A DNA stretch of 64,000 bases, from the NCBI GenBank assembly GCA_963674945.2, contig CAXXWQ010000004.1:2656001-2720000 (forward strand). The letters are read 5' to 3'. The stretch is from an uncultured Desulfosarcina sp. Its GTDB lineage: Bacteria; Desulfobacterota; Desulfobacteria; Desulfobacterales; Desulfosarcinaceae. Position 1 is the first letter of the stretch, and the number at the start of each line of letters is the position of its first letter. The notes beneath the pieces are model-generated. The model was given only the letters and a program-made list of their open reading frames with translations, was not told the DNA's origin and did no database searches. Below are positions 60,364 to 64,000 of the stretch, piece after piece. The translations under genes were made by a program, and so were the position numbers.

Positions 60364-61923
60364 TCAATAGCGAAGGATCGCCAGCGTCTGTTTGTCGATA
60401 TTTTTTGGCAAAAGCGCCAGATGGTCCTCCCGCGTCCTGGCCAGCGGAAGTTTGGCGAACAGGTATCGAAGATAGGCATAGGGTTCCAGCCCATTGGCTT
60501 TGGCCGTTTCGATCAAACCGAAGAAGGTGGCGCTGGCTTCCGCACCCCGGGGCGCGCCGGAAAACAGCCAGTTCTTGCGACCCAACACGAATGGCCGGAT
60601 GACATTTTCAGCCACATTGTTGTCGGGCTTCAGAAATCCGGCATTGATATAGACAACCAGTTTGTCCCATTGGTTTAGGCAATATTGGATCGCTTTGCCG
60701 AGAAGGCTTTTCGGAGGAGCTTGCCAATGGTAGGTGTCCAGCCAGGTTTTAAATTGTTTCAGAATCGGCTTGGCCTTTTCCTGTCGCAGGTCACGGATCT
60801 GTTCATACGACAAATCCTTGTCTCGCGCATACCGTTCTATGCCATACAATGCGCCAATGTAATCCAGCGCCTCGTCGGCAAGCCCCTTGGCTGCTTTTTG
60901 TTTGCCGCGCGCCTTGCGCCCTTTGTTCACCTCGACAAATTTACGTCGGGCATGGGTCAGGCAACCTAAATGGATGATCCCTTGCTTTTGGGACAGCTGA
61001 TCATAGCCGCTGTAGCCGTCGCTTTGAACATAGCCCGAATAGTCTTCTATCATATCTTGCACTACCTTCCCACTACGGGTGGGATGATACTGGTAAAGCA
61101 CCACAGGGGCATCCAACGGGCCGCCACAAAACACCCACATATACGATTTTGTTGTATTGCTGCGGCCCGGTTCCTGAAGCACCTGAAACGGACTTTCATC
61201 GATATTGATCACAGGACCGCTTCGAATCTCCTGATGCATCAATTCGACGATCGGCTGGCAGCAACCGGCGGCCTGAATCATCCAATTGGCCATGGTTGAC
61301 CGTGAGATGTCAACGCCCAGACGGTCAAATATCTTTTGTTGGCGATGCAGGGGAAGCGCATCGGCGAATTTTGAGACAGCGATGTGGGCCAGCAGTCCCT
61401 CAGTGGCGTTGCTCTTGGGAATCAGTTGTTCTGGCGGCGGAGCGATCCTAACGGTGGGGCCGTCATCCTCGACGCCTTCGCAGGCCTTGCAGGCGTATTT
61501 GGGGCGGATGTGACGGATCACCTGGATTTTTGCCGGGATATAATCGAGCTTCTCACAGGTCTCTTCGCCGATACGGCTCAGTTCAACTCCGCAAGCACAC
61601 CGTTTCTCGGCCTCAGGGATATCGTGCAGGACCTCGACGCGGGGCAGATCCTCAGGCAACGGTTTGCGGCCACGCTTTTTGCGGGTGTGCTCCGGGACGG
61701 TGATGTCGTCATCGGCAAGGACGGGCTCTGCGGTTTCGTCGGGTTTGAACAACTGGAGTTGGTTGGGATTGACGGCCGGCAAAACTTCACTTTTGCGACC
61801 GAACAGCTCGTTCTTCAGCAGACGTACCATTTCTTGCAGATGGTCGATTTGCTGCTGCTGAGAAGAGATAATCTCCTTAAGCGATTGGGCGTCATCGGGC
61901 AGGTTGTTCGATTCCGAAAGCAT
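60364..61923 (-). CDS. tnpC: IS66 DDE transposase
   Basis: RKPLPEDLPR, IDESP, SDGYSGY, CLTHARRKF, DNNVAEN.IRP...GRKNWLF. Confidence 0.95.
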   Translation of the reverse strand: MLSESNNLPDDAQSLKEIISSQQQQIDHLQEMVRLLKNELFGRKSEVLPAVNPNQLQLFKPDETAEPVLADDDITVPEHTRKKRGRKPLPEDLPRVEVLHDIPEAEKRCACGVELSRIGEETCEKLDYIPAKIQVIRHIRPKYACKACEGVEDDGPTVRIAPPPEQLIPKSNATEGLLAHIAVSKFADALPLHRQQKIFDRLGVDISRSTMANWMIQAAGCCQPIVELMHQEIRSGPVINIDESPFQVLQEPGRSNTTKSYMWVFCGGPLDAPVVLYQYHPTRSGKVVQDMIEDYSGYVQSDGYSGYDQLSQKQGIIHLGCLTHARRKFVEVNKGRKARGKQKAAKGLADEALDYIGALYGIERYARDKDLSYEQIRDLRQEKAKPILKQFKTWLDTYHWQAPPKSLLGKAIQYCLNQWDKLVVYINAGFLKPDNNVAENVIRPFVLGRKNWLFSGAPRGAEASATFFGLIETAKANGLEPYAYLRYLFAKLPLARTREDHLALLPKNIDKQTLAILRY

Positions 61924-61986
61924 GCCTGATACATAGCATAACCAATTGAATTTGTACACACTTATTTTACTTCCAGGTGGATGTTC

Positions 61987-62334
61987 TCAGCTTGCATAAC
62001 GGTAGTTTAAACGCACATGAGCATTCGTATAATCCAGTCCGGCGAGAAGCCATTCCAGTTCTTTCGCACTAAGGGAAACGACTTCTTTTGTGGTTGTTGG
62101 CCAGTGGAAACGGTGCTTCTCCAGCCGTTTGAGCCAGAGAGCAAATCCATTTTTATCCCAGTATAAAATTTTTATCATGTTCCGACGCCGATTGCAGAAG
62201 ACGAACAGGTCCCCTTCGAAGGGATTCAAATCCATGGCCTGTTCCACCAAAACCGAAAGCCCGTTGATCGATTTGCGCATATCGGTATTACCCACGGCCA
62301 GAAAGACCCTTTTGGGATTGGTGGGCAACATCAT
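61987..62334 (-). CDS. tnpB: IS66 accessory protein TnpB
   Basis: TDMRKSINGL, FVFCNRRR..IKILYWD..GF.L..KRLE. Confidence 0.95.
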   Translation of the reverse strand: MMLPTNPKRVFLAVGNTDMRKSINGLSVLVEQAMDLNPFEGDLFVFCNRRRNMIKILYWDKNGFALWLKRLEKHRFHWPTTTKEVVSLSAKELEWLLAGLDYTNAHVRLNYRYAS

Positions 62335-62660
62335 AATGTAGCCACCATTGCAACAAGCTTGTTGATTTCTATCGATCCGTTTTGATCATCGACTTCGATG
62401 GTAAATCCGTTGGGGGTATGAATACGAACGGATGGATGTTTCCTCGTCGCTGATCCGTTGAGCGCAACCGGCAAAAAAGTAACTCGGGTTTTATCAACGG
62501 GCATGATGCGCCGTTTCCAATCGTAAAACCGATGGAGAATGAGATCGTTTTTTTTACAATAGGCCCTTTGGCTTAGGCTGCTGATCTTCCATTTCTCGAT
62601 ATGATTTTCCCAAAATTTTCGCCTTTGCTTGGAATCGAATGAATCATAGTCTTCAGGCAT
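62331..62660 (-). CDS. tnpA: IS66 accessory protein TnpA
   Basis: FW..HI..W..S.LSQ.AYC...L....F..W; inside the TIRs. Confidence 0.9.
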   Translation of the reverse strand: MPEDYDSFDSKQRRKFWENHIEKWKISSLSQRAYCKKNDLILHRFYDWKRRIMPVDKTRVTFLPVALNGSATRKHPSVRIHTPNGFTIEVDDQNGSIEINKLVAMVATL

Positions 62661-63332
62661 GATATCTTCTCCTTTCTTTGGGGAAACACATTGCCATGCC
62701 TGAACAATTTTGTGAAGATGGGGTTAATAAACCGCTTACACCAGTAACGTCAAACTTTCCAAATACCTTGCACCAATCCATAGTTGATTAGCGTAATATT
62801 CATAATCAGTAAAAATCGGCATACCCTTATACGCCAGAGTGTGCAGGAGATCCAAGATGGCTATAAATAGGTAGGCAATGCCAATGAATAAAAGGTACTG
62901 GTTTGTTATATATTTTCTTGAAGCCCAAGTGATTGTGAAAAAAGAAAAAGCTATAACAATACTGAAGATCTCCACAACACTATGAAATAGAAGGTAATTA
63001 ACAAATATTGTGAAGTACAATCCTACAAGCAATGCTCCAGCGAAAAAGGAATGTAAAATATTTGTATATCTCAGATAGAAAGACAAGAGCCCTCCCCCTA
63101 TCCAAGGAACAGAGACGAATTATATGCCATGATGATATAGATTTAAGGCAAATTTAACCTTAACTTAAGAAGGCAGAGAATACAACAGCAGGAAATCTTG
63201 CAGCGGTCCAATATTTCTGACTAAGGTCAATTCATCGTTCCCTATCCAAGAATTTAAAATCTCATCGTAATTTACCGATTTTTTAATGCAAGAAACCCCT
63301 TCCAGGGTAGTAATAGGGTAGAAAATTAAAAA

Positions 63333-63360
63333 GGGTTACAGTCTCGAATATCTGTAACCC
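63333..63360 (-). terminator. Hairpin/terminator downstream of the tRNA
   Basis: gggttacag...ctgtaaccc followed by a T-run on the minus strand. Confidence 0.65.
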
Positions 63361-63373
63361 ATTGTTTTTATTG

Positions 63374-63449
63374 TGGTGGAGATGAAGGGATTCGAACCCT
63401 CGACTTCAGCGTTGCGAACGCTGCGCTCTCCCAGCTGAGCTACATCCCC
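63374..63449 (-). tRNA. tRNA-Ala (anticodon CGC)
   Basis: GGGGATGTAGCTCAGCTGGGAGAGCG-CAGCG-TTCGCAA-CGCTG-AAGTC-GAGGGTTCGAATCCCTT-CATCTCC-ACCA, 76 nt, G3:U70. Confidence 0.96.
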
Positions 63450-63522
63450 ATATTCTGGAAAACTCTCGAATCGTATGATTCGATTCCGATCTTAGCCCTT
63501 TTGAAAAGCAATTTCAAGGGAA

Positions 63523-64000
63523 TCAGTGTTCCTGGGCGACCATCACCGGGTCGGTCTCTTTCTTTAAAAGGTTATCGACCTGCAACTGCCGCTCGGCGAT
63601 GACCTCTTTGAATCGGGCCAACATTTCGTCGTTCAAGGGTTTGCCCGGCGTCTTGACGACCGAGTTCGGGTTGATCGGTTTGTCGTTCACCCGAACTTCA
63701 TAGTGCACATGGGGTCCCGTGGCCATGCCGGTCTGGCCCACCCGGGCGATGATATCTCCTTGGTCCACCCGATTGCCCCTCTTCTTCAAGAGGCGACTGC
63801 AGTGGCCATAGTAAGTCTCATACCCGTTGGGATGCCTGACGATGATCAGTTTGCCGTATCCCCCCTTCCATCCGGAAAAGGTGACCTGGCCGCTGGCGGT
63901 GGCGAAAATCGCGGTGCCCGTGGGCGCGCCATAATCGATGCCGGTGTGGGCCTTGTACCGTTTGGAGATGGGGTGGAACCGTCGGATGGAGAAGTGGGAC
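63523..64000 (-). CDS. M23 family metallopeptidase, C-terminal part (5' end beyond the window)
   Basis: HTGIDYGAP.GT, GGYGK, YETYYGH, TGMATGPHVHYEV. Confidence 0.9.
   Translation of the reverse strand, partial: SHFSIRRFHPISKRYKAHTGIDYGAPTGTAIFATASGQVTFSGWKGGYGKLIIVRHPNGYETYYGHCSRLLKKRGNRVDQGDIIARVGQTGMATGPHVHYEVRVNDKPINPNSVVKTPGKPLNDEMLARFKEVIAERQLQVDNLLKKETDPVMVAQEH

Larger units (their letters stand above)
60246..62739 (-). mobile_element. Complete IS66-family insertion sequence
   Basis: TIRs GTAAGGGTCAAATAAACCCCATCTTCACA / GTAAGCGGTTTATTAACCCCATCTTCACA; 8-bp TSD ACCAGTAA at 60238-60245 and 62740-62747. Confidence 0.96.
59508..63086 (-). pseudogene. MASE3-domain membrane protein with C-terminal CxxC...SHGLC tail, split by IS66
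   Basis: Removing the IS and one TSD rejoins ...ARYLESLTLLV/AFYFLRIDK in frame; NYLLFHSVVEIFS, DLLHTLAYKGM, LLPICAKCKKIRDDEGYW. Confidence 0.88.

Noticed and set aside
1..64000. CRISPR array, prophage, intact integron integrase
   Set aside because: No regularly spaced repeats, cas genes, phage structural genes or tyrosine-recombinase motifs found

Overview
Chromosomal window of a GC-rich anaerobe; the gene content suggests a Desulfobacterales/Desulfosarcina-like sulfate reducer (inference). 1-33 kb is mostly core and metabolic genes: an Hdr-type cluster (HdrC/D-like CCG protein, two large HdrA paralogs, an extended MvhD), sppA, polA, lutABC, a UGA-selenocysteine selD with a SECIS-like hairpin plus yedF, a metF-like gene, a CZB-domain MCP and nudC, with dispersed ~130-170 bp palindromic repeats. 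From ~33.5 kb to a tRNA-Ala(CGC) at 63.4 kb the DNA is accessory and mosaic, with many gene relics. Highlights: (i) a MarR-headed operon (orphan GcvT-family enzyme, unknown Cys-motif protein, SDR, DUF4386) under a 44-bp palindrome; (ii) a decayed integron-like array with no recognisable integrase (attC-like hairpins with matching cassette ends, and a repeated ~300-bp module with an attI-like end), whose largest intact cassette encodes an AT-rich nuclease-like/NACHT/pentapeptide-repeat NLR-like protein, a candidate anti-phage system; (iii) a WD40-caspase lipoprotein; (iv) a complete IS66 with an 8-bp TSD disrupting a MASE3 gene that also looks like a cassette. All calls come from reading motifs by eye; no database searches were run.
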